Of a stretch of DNA of 64,000 nt, positions 27,677-37,003 are shown piece by piece. The translations under genes were made by a program, and so were the position numbers. The stretch lies in IMG/VR virus record IMGVR_UViG_3300037296_000406. The stretch is one strand, 5' to 3'. The notes below the pieces were generated by a model that saw nothing but the letters and a program-made list of their open reading frames with translations, searched no databases and was not told the DNA's origin. Position 1 is the stretch's first letter. Each line of letters opens with the position of its first letter. The DNA is from an uncultured virus (IMG/VR IMGVR_UViG_3300037296_000406). Its lineage: Duplodnaviria > Heunggongvirae > Uroviricota > Caudoviricetes.

Positions 27677-27749
27677 GCTATACACCTTTATAGTTAATTT
27701 CAACTAATTAAATGGAAAGTTTATTAATTATTAGCTACATTTTATTTTA

Positions 27750-28448
27750 TTATTTACGGTTTCTACTCTTAGCTACCTTCTTAGCTACCTTCTTAGCTAC
27801 TTTCTTAGTTGCTTTCTTAGCTACTTTCTTAGCTACCTTCTTAGCTACTTTCTTAGTTGCTTTCTTAGCTACTTTCTTAGCTACTTTCTTAGCTACCTTC
27901 TTAGCTACTTTCTTAGTTGCTTTCTTAGCTACTTTCTTAGCTACTTTCTTAGCTACCTTCTTAGCTACTTTCTTAGTTGCTTTCTTAGCTACTTTCTTAG
28001 TTGCTTTCTTAGCTACTTTCTTAGTTGCTTTCTTAGCTACTTTCTTAGTTGCTTTCTTAGCTACTTTCTTAGTTTCTGTCTCTGCTTCTTTTTTCGCTTG
28101 AACTTCATCTTCGTGGTCTTTTTTAGTTTTAAGCTTAAATTTACCTCTTTTATATTTTGGAATATGTTTAACTTCATAGTATTCAACGTCAACGTAACTA
28201 TGAGCTTCTAGAAGTTCAGTAGCTTTAATCATAGCTTCATCAACAGTTCCTGTAAATTCTTCTTCATATAGAGTCTTATGCATCCCGAGACCAGTCTCTT
28301 CGTCTCTCATTGGATAAAGTACTCTAAGTGACCATATATTATTCTTAGCATCGATCATTTTGACTTCTTTAAGTAACGATGGTGCTACCTTTTCGTCTTG
28401 AATGAACTGATCACTTGTTGCTGCTACTATTTTAATTCGTTGACTCAT
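27750..28448 (-). CDS. Histone H1-like protein: globular N-domain plus KKVA/KKAT tail
   Basis: 25 tandem KK(VA/AT) tetrapeptides; start MSQRIK at 28448 with SD AAGGAG. Confidence 0.85.
   Translation of the reverse strand: MSQRIKIVAATSDQFIQDEKVAPSLLKEVKMIDAKNNIWSLRVLYPMRDEETGLGMHKTLYEEEFTGTVDEAMIKATELLEAHSYVDVEYYEVKHIPKYKRGKFKLKTKKDHEDEVQAKKEAETETKKVAKKATKKVAKKATKKVAKKATKKVAKKATKKVAKKVAKKVAKKVAKKATKKVAKKVAKKVAKKVAKKATKKVAKKVAKKVAKKATKKVAKKVAKKVAKSRNRK
27771..28070. repeat. Coding 12-bp tandem repeat (25 units) with a 60-bp higher-order period
   Basis: Units TTAGCTAC(T/C)TTC and TTAGTTGCTTTC; 27841-27900 is identical to 27901-27960. Confidence 0.95.
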
Positions 28449-28498
28449 AAATAAAACTCCTTGTTTACTCTTATATTCGTTTTCTATGATTAAAAGCC

Positions 28499-28526
28499 AA
28501 AAAAAATACCACAAAAGTGGTATTTT
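28499..28526 (-). terminator. Intrinsic terminator
   Basis: Perfect 10-bp stem AAAATACCAC-AAAA-GTGGTATTTT with a U-run on the minus strand. Confidence 0.75.
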
Positions 28527-28546
28527 CTTTATAGTAATAGTATTTT

Positions 28547-28978
28547 TTAGGGCTTAAATATTGTTTGATAGAATTCTCTATAAGAACCTGTGTTGTTTTT
28601 ACATAAAACTCTAAGAGGTAATTTATCAGTAAAAACGATAAGTTTACTTGGTTGAATAGTAACTTCTCCTAAATCTGATTGACATTCTGTAATATTAGGA
28701 TCAATGGCAACATCACCATTTCTTGTAGTAGTAGGTCTGGTTATTTCTATTTTTCCATCTGAAATATTTGGTCCGTCGATTGTTACTTCCTGATAATCAA
28801 TTTTGTCAACATCTACAGAAGAACTAAAATAAACCAATGATTTATTGGGTTCAGATGATGTTGAAGCGGTTACGTATTCATTGAGTTTTAAACTCATTTG
28901 TCTGTGTTTAGCTTTATCAGCACCAAAAGATATGTTAGTAAATGTAATTGCTAATATTAAAAATAAAATTTTTTTCAT
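28547..28978 (-). CDS. Secreted hypothetical protein
   Basis: Signal peptide (SFG/A); SD AAGGAG; CCATTTA at 29000-29006. Confidence 0.75.
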   Translation of the reverse strand: MKKILFLILAITFTNISFGADKAKHRQMSLKLNEYVTASTSSEPNKSLVYFSSSVDVDKIDYQEVTIDGPNISDGKIEITRPTTTRNGDVAIDPNITECQSDLGEVTIQPSKLIVFTDKLPLRVLCKNNTGSYREFYQTIFKP

Positions 28979-29049
28979 TCTTAAATCTCCTTCATATATT
29001 AAATGGAAGTATTTACAACTATTCTTTCAATATTTAATGCATTTTTTTA

Positions 29050-30810
29050 TTAAAAATTATCGTTCTTAAGAAGATATCTTACAGAAGAATCTATTTTTTT
29101 ATATAATTTTATGCCTTTTGTTGAATACGGAGCATCACTTCCTCCCGGTTGACCCGGACCAACTTTTAAAGCATCCCACTTGTATTCATTGAAATAAACA
29201 ACAGGTTCAAGAGCAAACTCTGAATTTATGCCTTGAGTGTTTGAATCTTGTTTCTTTACACAATACTTGCTTTCTTCAAACTTTGGAAGGTCATTATTTC
29301 CACCTGTACCTGCTAGTCCAGCTTCTGCTGAAGATATTAGATTGTCAATGTCATAAACAAATAATATTGCATCTCCCTGAGTTGTTCCGCTCGTACCTGC
29401 TGTGGGAACAATTATGTCCTGATTAGCTTCAAATCTCTTAGTAATTGTTTCTACTGAACAATTATCTGGACTACATAATAATAATTCAGTTCCAAAATTT
29501 CTATCTTGATATGTCCCTGAAGAACTCCATGGAATTCTCCTGTCTGGGTCTTCAGCGATAGAAACATCTGAGCATGAATTACCTATCTCTCCATAAGTTA
29601 TCCAAAATTCTAATATGGGACTTAAAACCTCAAAGTCTCCAAAGATAGAACACTCTTCGAAAAAACCTGTTTCAGCAACTTCCCAAGTAGAACCCGGAAG
29701 AGGCTCTAGAGTGTCCTCATCTAACCCCGGTTGTTCAAAAATTAAATCAGATAAACCAACAAATCTCCAACCCGGACCAGTTGGACCAGAAGAATATTGT
29801 TGACAAATTTGTTCTAACTCTCCGTTTCTCTCAGCATCTCTTATTACTTTTTCCTGTAATTGAACTGTTGTATTAAAAGCAAAAGCTCCACCACTCATTC
29901 CATTATCTTCGTCAAATGGTGTCGGACTAGATTCTGCAGGGTAACTACATCTTGAATTGTCAGAGTAAACTTCCCAAGGATTAGAAGCTCCTGCTTCTGG
30001 ATAAGAAGAAATCCCTTCTACTGTTCTGTTTAAATCTCTAGTACCCCAACAACTACTTGCGATAGAGTATTCACAATTATTTCCACCCCATTTATTTGTG
30101 CATGGTTTTCCCGCTACTGAAGAACCAAGCGGAAGAGATTCCCACTGACACTCTGCTTTAACTTTTCTTTTAACACATTTATATTTCTGAGATGTTCCTG
30201 TACACTTTTGTTTAAACTTAACTCTCTCAACATTTACTAACGAAAATTCTGTTTCAATAAAATCTAGATCAGATGTCTCTTCTAGACAACTAAATGAAGT
30301 TCTTTGAATTTCTTCAACGTCTTCTTCAACACACCTATCTGCAGGCAAATTAATATCAGCAGTTCTTCTACTTAAGAATTGGTTCTTATAGAATTCGCCA
30401 TACTCTGAAGCTAACACCTTTTCTGCACATATTTCAGATGCAGATTTTCCACTAACACCTTCATATCCGTCAATTGTCAGATTGACGTCATCAAAAACGT
30501 CTCCTACTAAAACAAAGTCTGCAGAATTAAATCCTTGTCTTTTAGATTGTAAATTTACAAATAAGTCTTTACCTGATGTATCGTTATTATTAACAGAGAA
30601 AAATAAAGCTCGAGGTTCTTGGTTACTTGGTAAGTTTATTTGAATTTCATCTTCATTAAAATCTCCTGCATCTATAAATGTCATATTTGATTTTTCTAAA
30701 TATATTGAAGAGTTAAAATCTGGTCTACATTCTCCAAAACCACAAACAACATTTTTTGTTGCTGCAAAACTACTCATATTTAAAGCTAATATAATTAATA
30801 TAATTTTCAT
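29050..30810 (-). CDS. Secreted Cys-rich frame protein, paralog C (586 aa)
   Basis: Signal peptide; N- and C-terminal regions shared with the two upstream genes; ends KKIDSSVRYLLKNDNF. Confidence 0.85.
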   Translation of the reverse strand: MKIILIILALNMSSFAATKNVVCGFGECRPDFNSSIYLEKSNMTFIDAGDFNEDEIQINLPSNQEPRALFFSVNNNDTSGKDLFVNLQSKRQGFNSADFVLVGDVFDDVNLTIDGYEGVSGKSASEICAEKVLASEYGEFYKNQFLSRRTADINLPADRCVEEDVEEIQRTSFSCLEETSDLDFIETEFSLVNVERVKFKQKCTGTSQKYKCVKRKVKAECQWESLPLGSSVAGKPCTNKWGGNNCEYSIASSCWGTRDLNRTVEGISSYPEAGASNPWEVYSDNSRCSYPAESSPTPFDEDNGMSGGAFAFNTTVQLQEKVIRDAERNGELEQICQQYSSGPTGPGWRFVGLSDLIFEQPGLDEDTLEPLPGSTWEVAETGFFEECSIFGDFEVLSPILEFWITYGEIGNSCSDVSIAEDPDRRIPWSSSGTYQDRNFGTELLLCSPDNCSVETITKRFEANQDIIVPTAGTSGTTQGDAILFVYDIDNLISSAEAGLAGTGGNNDLPKFEESKYCVKKQDSNTQGINSEFALEPVVYFNEYKWDALKVGPGQPGGSDAPYSTKGIKLYKKIDSSVRYLLKNDNF

Positions 30811-33800
30811 TATAGTAGCTCCTCTTTTAAGAAATTTCTAACAGATGAATCAACTTTTTTAAATATGTTAATTTTCTTTCCATTATCTTCAATAGGTTGA
30901 GGTTGTGCTCCTGTAGTCTCTACCTTAATTGCTTGCCAGTTATATTTTCTGAATTGAACAACTGGATCTGATGCAAAAGGAGAATCGGAACCTTCTGTGT
31001 TGGCATCTTGAATCTTATAGCAATATCTAACTTCATTTATTGTTGGTAGATCATTAACACCTTTAGTTGCATTACTTCCTTTAGTTGCTGATGCTACGAT
31101 ATTTTCTGCATCATAAATAAACATTATACCTTCACCTTGTTGTGTTCCTCGTAAATCATCATCCAGACTTATATTCGGTGTCATAGTTGCATTAATATTT
31201 TCGACATTACTTTTTATTGAACAATCACCTATTGAGCATATTACGCTTTCAACACCAAACTCTGCTTTTCTCTCAAACCCAACGTTCTTCCAATCAATCA
31301 GTCTATTTTCTGGGTCGTATTTATAATCTATGTTGTCACATCTATCGTCATCAGGATCGAATGCTATATGGGTCGTTACATAGTCCTCTTCTATTTTTTC
31401 ATGATATATAGGACATTGCTGTCCAACTTTTACATATTGTAATCCCCATAAAGATTCATCAGGAGATGTAAAATCTTCAGGATTGTATGTTGGCGCTGTT
31501 CTAGATATTTCTGGTTCTCCGTAAATATCATAGAATCCCGGACCATCTTGACCGATTACATTTGCCAAACCTTCTTGAGCTGGTGGAAGTGTTGGTCCCG
31601 CATTTGATGGAACTACTTGAACTTTAATATTATCATAATAAGAAGGATATTCTCTTTGAAAAGATCTTAACTCTAATATAGATGAACTTGACTGAGCTTG
31701 AAATACAAAGTCAATAGGTTCTCTTTTTCTAGCTGTTATCTTAGTATCTCCCTGCTCAACATCATCTCTAACCCAAACCCATCCTCGATAAACAGATTCT
31801 CTTGTTGGATTTGATCTTAAAGAACCAACTGAAACATTTGAGTTGGATGCTTGGTGGTAACATCCTAATCCAATAAATGAATCAGGAGTTGTACAATTAT
31901 TATTATCATTCATGATCAGACCAAATCTACAAGAAACTTTCCAATTTCCAGATACTATATTATTAAATCCTTTAGAATTACAGAATGGTTGATTTTCAAA
32001 ATTAGAATAGTTTTGTTGTGTAAGATTCATTATATCATATCTACCAAAAGAGATATCACTTGATGTTCCAAAAACCTCTTTTGCATTTTCTTTATTCGTT
32101 ACGAGATTCATACAGTTTTCTGTATTTATCATACAAATTCTAGTTTCTTTAGCCTCTATGCTAGTGTAAGCTCTACTTTTCATATTCTTATTAGTTGTTA
32201 AATCTAAATCTTTTTCATTGTATATTGAATCATTTGTCCAGTATGGGGAGTTGTAACTCCAAACATCTGTATTAGTGGCTAATCTAGATACTAGTGTCCA
32301 TCCACCTCCATCACTTGTCATATCACAGTAAACCTGAAATGGGTCTATAGGTCCATTTTGCCCATCTGGGTCAATAAAATATTTTCCACTTTCAATAATA
32401 TTTCCATTTTTTTGTAAATCGCTACAAGACTTAAAGTACAAATAAGCTTCTGGACTTTCACCATTTTCATCTACAAGTATAGGCTTATTTTCTACAGGAT
32501 AAATACTTCTAATAGGTTCATCTTTTGGCTTAGGAGTACCTGAAGTCGTTACTTGAACTTCTGTTATCATTGTTGACTTTCTACCAAAGTTAGGGTCATC
32601 ACAAATCATTTTTAAATAACCTGTAAATGTTCCACCAGCTTGAGGATTTGCTTTCACAGTAACAAAACAATCTTCTCCTGCAGCTAATTCATCTGGACAA
32701 GAATTTACTTCCAATTGGAAGTGAGGCGATAGTACTTCAGAAGTTGAGCCTGTATCTGACCCAATAAAAGGTTCTTCACAGTTTACTGCAGGTCTATTTT
32801 CTTCTCTATTGACAATTCTAAAATCATTAAATGGTTGAAAAGATGTATTTATCTGTTTGTAAGTAATTTGTACTCCGTAAACAAATTTTCCACGACACCC
32901 ACCTCTTAAGTCACCCGTAGTTCTTTTTTCACTTGTATATTGTTGATCACTAGAAGTTCTTATATGGTTATCAAACAAAGCTTTAGGGTTATTTGAGCAA
33001 GTCCCTTTGTAACACCAACGAGAGCATCTCCCGCTTTTACTTCCATCACAAGTCAAGGTGTTAAATAGTGCGCTACTGAAATAATCCGCATCGTTACAAC
33101 CAAAATCAGTTGTAGAACCTTGAATATAACCATAATCAAATGTTACAGATCCTCCAACCCCAATTCTTCCAAAGTGTTTATATGTTGGTACGCTGTCTAA
33201 CCAAGCAGGATTTATAAATCCTGCCGGAGTAATATCTTGTTGATAAATCTTGTTTAATTTTGGAATATCAGAATAAACATTAACTTGTCCAGCACTTCCA
33301 ATATTATCTTCAACCGATTGAGAAAAAACTCCTGTCACTCTATATTTTTTTCCAATTTCTGTAGGAATGATTTGGTTGGCGCTAGGAACGTCAGTTAAAT
33401 TAGATAAGTCTGGCGTTAAAGTTGTTTTTTTAATGTCAATAAACCCATTACTTCCAGATGGAGATTCGATTAGGTAATTTAAATTATCACTAATTAGATA
33501 ATCATACCTTAAAAAAACTTTTGCTCCTGTTCCATGTTCTGTTGGTCGACCATCGATAGAACCAGTTCCTTCAATGATAGGCGAGTGAATAAAAAATGGT
33601 ACACCATTTGTGTAAGCGTTAGTTTCTCTATAATTTATTCTTACACCATAAACAAATTTTCCACCACAACCCTTTCTCAAGTCTCTAGTAATTCTATCAA
33701 ATCCAGTGTACACCTGATTTGATTGCTTTAAAAATCCATTGAATATACCAGCTGCATTCCTACTATTTTGACATTGCCCTTTATAGCAAAATCTTTTACA

Positions 33801-36800
33801 TCTTCCGCTTTTTTTTCCATCACAAGCTATTAAATTAAAATTTTCTCCACTAAAATAATCAGCATTTGCACAACCAAAGTCTCTAGTAGAACCTTGGACA
33901 GAAGAATTGAAAAATGGTTGCTTTAAAGACATATCGTAATTATTATTTTCTTCAAGTGCGAAATCATAAAATGAATTAGAGCTTTTAAAAGTTGAACCTT
34001 TAGCTATTATAGTTCCATTAAGAATTAGTTTATTCTGAATTTCCATCTGATATATACAATTCTCTTTAGGTTTAAAAGTTAAACTTCCACCAGCTTCTAT
34101 AGTTACGTTCTGGAAAAAATATCTTTGTGAACAGTTTGAGAAGGTTATATGTTCACCGTCTCCTATTACAAGATTTGGTGCTAACGGATTAGCATTTACC
34201 TTTATCTTTTCGAAACTCCATTGACTTTTACCTTCAAGATCCCAAGAACTCGAATCTTGTGTAAAGTTACTGTTTGTTATTAGATTTGTTTCTTCTTCAA
34301 TTTCTTCGTTTAAATCATATGTCAAATTGTTACACATATATTTTAAAAGACCTTTCTCTTTCTTATCTAGATACTCAGATTCTAGCATTTGAAATTTTTT
34401 AGATTCTGATTCTGATTCGTAAGTACTATACTCTCCAACTTGACTATCTTCGATACTACCATCAGCATTAATCCAATATCTTTTTCCATTAATAAAATTT
34501 ATTATTTCTCTCTCAGTTCCATATAAACTTGGAATATTACTATTGAGTTTCGAAGATACTAGTCTTCCAGCAAATCCAAATTCACCATCATTTCCTGACT
34601 GTCCATTAGAAACACTTCCTGAAGATATTCCACCTAAACCACCTTTACCTGAACTTCCGCCGTTTAAAACTATTTCTAATTCTTCAGATAATTCTCCACC
34701 ATATTCTAAAAATAAGTTACCGCCAGAACCACCTGCTCCACCGCCTCCTCCAGAACCACCTTGACCTGAAGGTTGTCCACTAAAACCATTTTCACCATCA
34801 TTTCCTGATAGGTTAATTGAACCTTCACCTTCTATATTACCTAAGACAACAAATAACATTGATTGTCCGTGTTTAGCTCTTTGTCCACCTTTACCTGAGG
34901 CTCCCGAGCCAATACCACAACTTCCTGCGTTATTATTTGTCGGAATTGATTCTCCAGCAACTAGAAGTGTAGCTTCATTTCCATTTTGACCAGATAAATT
35001 CAGACAAGGGACATCTCCTTGAGAACCCCCTCCACCGTTTCCATCAGATGATATTCCACCGATATATCCTGTATCTTGATTTCCACCAGAACCACCAGAT
35101 GGTTGACCGACTGTAAAAGAGTAAACCTTATTCATAAGAGAGTTATTTTCCGAATAATTATCTCCAACAAAATCTCCATTTCCAGAACCATTTATCAACC
35201 CATTGTTTATAAAATTATTTTTAATAATTATTTTAGTTAAAGCTATAGATCCGTCTTCTAAATTTAATACTCCACCTTCTTCTATATTTAAAGAATCATA
35301 AATATATGTATTTCCTGAAATTAAGTTAACACTTTCACCTGAAGCTATTATTACATCACCTAAACTTCCACTAGCATTTTCAATTCCTTGAATTATTGCG
35401 CTTGAATCCATAACTTCATATGAAGCTGTTACTGGATTATAAACATAAACTTTATCTTCTACAGCATCAATAATTCTTGCAGTTTGTAAGCCACCTTTAA
35501 ATGATATTTCAGAAAAAGTAGCACCATCTTGAGACAATGCTGTGTAGCCATAAGATTTTTTACCTTTAAATTTATAAAGTTCTGGGTAATCATTTAAATT
35601 TATTTGAAATAAACTACTGTTTGGATAGCTTACTGAATTAAATTCTGAAGTCCAAGCCTGCACTAAATCACCCTCTCTTTTAACTTTTACTTTTGAAGTG
35701 CTACCTGACCATCCTCCTGAATTTGAACCAATTAATTTACTTTGTAAAACTTTACGTTCTCCAGCATTAACATTAGAAGCTCCTTCAGTAGATGAACTCC
35801 CATCTACATAGACTAAATTCCAGTTATTAGAAGCTCCAAAATTTCCACCTTTATCTCGAGAAACTATTAAATAATGATTTTTATTATTTATTCTTGTAAA
35901 TGCTATTATTATTCCAATAGAGTCATCATCAGAATTTGGTGATGATAATGTTGCCTCATGCTCGTATTCATCAAAATTTTGAGCACTAACAAATCCTATA
36001 AAATTAGAACTGTTGACTGTATCTCTCACGAAAGTACTATTATAAATCCAAGCTCCTGCCTGAGAGTATCCATAAGGTGATGTTCCTGCTGGATGAAAGT
36101 AAGAACCACCATCAAACCTTGTCCATGTTGAAAAAATTTGGTCAGTAGAAGGAGGAATGTATTGTGACAATGCCGATTCTAGTTCTGCTCTATCTGTTCC
36201 ATAAATCAAAGCATTTTCTACAGGACTTTGAGTAGATGAATATTTAAGTCTCCAGTTACATGTAATTTCAATCATAGGTGATAAACAAATATCTTGAAAA
36301 GCTACTCCTAAACATTTATTTTTACCTCTTAATCTTCTTGCTGTGACAGAAGGGTCATTTGTGTTTAGTACATTGTAATCCTGATCTCCTCCACACTGAA
36401 AAACATTAAAAGCATTCTTCTGAATATTTTGAACATCTGAAAATACACATCTATCTTCTGGTAAATTTCCACCTTGAGATTGAGATAATAACCTTGCTGT
36501 TTCAAATTCTAATTTAGCTAATTCGCCATAAATCCCTCTTTTAGTATAATCCGCACAAACTTGAGACGATGACCTACCTACTGTAGGAGAGTATCCGTCT
36601 AAATTCATTGTTACGTCTTTAAATAAATCTCCGATTAATATAGAGTCAGCAGAATTATTTTGATTTGTTGTGGCTTGTAATTTAATATCTATGCTAGCTG
36701 GAAAATAAAGGTCAGAGCTATCCATATATATTCTTAATGACCTAGGAATTTCTCCATTAGTTGTTCTTACTATGACATAATTATCTTGGTTGTTGTTACC

Positions 36801-36956
36801 TAAATCAAAAGAAGAATGAAATATTTTATCAAAGCTATTTTCAGGGACAAAATCAGATGAACAGGTGTCTCTCCCACAAGAAATTGAGCTAACTGGCTGA
36901 GCATAAACGCTAACCGTAAAAGAGATAAATAAAATCAAATACTTACATATATTCAT
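30810..36956 (-). CDS. Giant secreted adhesin-like frame protein, paralog B (2048 aa)
   Basis: Signal peptide; lectin/TSP-C-like segment (DDDSIGIIIAF), Gly-rich region, CBM-like and Ig-like domains, two Cys-rich repeats, fibrinogen-like domain (KSCSDL...SGKYFIDPDG...VYCDMTSDGGGWTLV); ends KKVDSSVRNFLKEELL. Confidence 0.9.
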   Translation of the reverse strand: MNICKYLILFISFTVSVYAQPVSSISCGRDTCSSDFVPENSFDKIFHSSFDLGNNNQDNYVIVRTTNGEIPRSLRIYMDSSDLYFPASIDIKLQATTNQNNSADSILIGDLFKDVTMNLDGYSPTVGRSSSQVCADYTKRGIYGELAKLEFETARLLSQSQGGNLPEDRCVFSDVQNIQKNAFNVFQCGGDQDYNVLNTNDPSVTARRLRGKNKCLGVAFQDICLSPMIEITCNWRLKYSSTQSPVENALIYGTDRAELESALSQYIPPSTDQIFSTWTRFDGGSYFHPAGTSPYGYSQAGAWIYNSTFVRDTVNSSNFIGFVSAQNFDEYEHEATLSSPNSDDDSIGIIIAFTRINNKNHYLIVSRDKGGNFGASNNWNLVYVDGSSSTEGASNVNAGERKVLQSKLIGSNSGGWSGSTSKVKVKREGDLVQAWTSEFNSVSYPNSSLFQINLNDYPELYKFKGKKSYGYTALSQDGATFSEISFKGGLQTARIIDAVEDKVYVYNPVTASYEVMDSSAIIQGIENASGSLGDVIIASGESVNLISGNTYIYDSLNIEEGGVLNLEDGSIALTKIIIKNNFINNGLINGSGNGDFVGDNYSENNSLMNKVYSFTVGQPSGGSGGNQDTGYIGGISSDGNGGGGSQGDVPCLNLSGQNGNEATLLVAGESIPTNNNAGSCGIGSGASGKGGQRAKHGQSMLFVVLGNIEGEGSINLSGNDGENGFSGQPSGQGGSGGGGGAGGSGGNLFLEYGGELSEELEIVLNGGSSGKGGLGGISSGSVSNGQSGNDGEFGFAGRLVSSKLNSNIPSLYGTEREIINFINGKRYWINADGSIEDSQVGEYSTYESESESKKFQMLESEYLDKKEKGLLKYMCNNLTYDLNEEIEEETNLITNSNFTQDSSSWDLEGKSQWSFEKIKVNANPLAPNLVIGDGEHITFSNCSQRYFFQNVTIEAGGSLTFKPKENCIYQMEIQNKLILNGTIIAKGSTFKSSNSFYDFALEENNNYDMSLKQPFFNSSVQGSTRDFGCANADYFSGENFNLIACDGKKSGRCKRFCYKGQCQNSRNAAGIFNGFLKQSNQVYTGFDRITRDLRKGCGGKFVYGVRINYRETNAYTNGVPFFIHSPIIEGTGSIDGRPTEHGTGAKVFLRYDYLISDNLNYLIESPSGSNGFIDIKKTTLTPDLSNLTDVPSANQIIPTEIGKKYRVTGVFSQSVEDNIGSAGQVNVYSDIPKLNKIYQQDITPAGFINPAWLDSVPTYKHFGRIGVGGSVTFDYGYIQGSTTDFGCNDADYFSSALFNTLTCDGSKSGRCSRWCYKGTCSNNPKALFDNHIRTSSDQQYTSEKRTTGDLRGGCRGKFVYGVQITYKQINTSFQPFNDFRIVNREENRPAVNCEEPFIGSDTGSTSEVLSPHFQLEVNSCPDELAAGEDCFVTVKANPQAGGTFTGYLKMICDDPNFGRKSTMITEVQVTTSGTPKPKDEPIRSIYPVENKPILVDENGESPEAYLYFKSCSDLQKNGNIIESGKYFIDPDGQNGPIDPFQVYCDMTSDGGGWTLVSRLATNTDVWSYNSPYWTNDSIYNEKDLDLTTNKNMKSRAYTSIEAKETRICMINTENCMNLVTNKENAKEVFGTSSDISFGRYDIMNLTQQNYSNFENQPFCNSKGFNNIVSGNWKVSCRFGLIMNDNNNCTTPDSFIGLGCYHQASNSNVSVGSLRSNPTRESVYRGWVWVRDDVEQGDTKITARKREPIDFVFQAQSSSSILELRSFQREYPSYYDNIKVQVVPSNAGPTLPPAQEGLANVIGQDGPGFYDIYGEPEISRTAPTYNPEDFTSPDESLWGLQYVKVGQQCPIYHEKIEEDYVTTHIAFDPDDDRCDNIDYKYDPENRLIDWKNVGFERKAEFGVESVICSIGDCSIKSNVENINATMTPNISLDDDLRGTQQGEGIMFIYDAENIVASATKGSNATKGVNDLPTINEVRYCYKIQDANTEGSDSPFASDPVVQFRKYNWQAIKVETTGAQPQPIEDNGKKINIFKKVDSSVRNFLKEELL

Positions 36957-37003
36957 ATACTATTACCTTATTATATAAATGTATAATAACGCTCCTTTTA
37001 CAA

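Noticed and set aside
27771..28070. Tandem array as a possible CRISPR or iteron array
   Set aside because: The units are contiguous 12-mers with no unique spacers, in frame within a CDS, and no cas genes are present.
27712..28101. Plus-strand ORF of FLAT/FLVA repeats that looks like a membrane protein
   Set aside because: It is the antisense reading of the KKVA/KKAT array. The minus-strand gene has an SD and a non-repetitive domain, and this ORF's ATG lies within the reverse complement of the CCATTTA motif.
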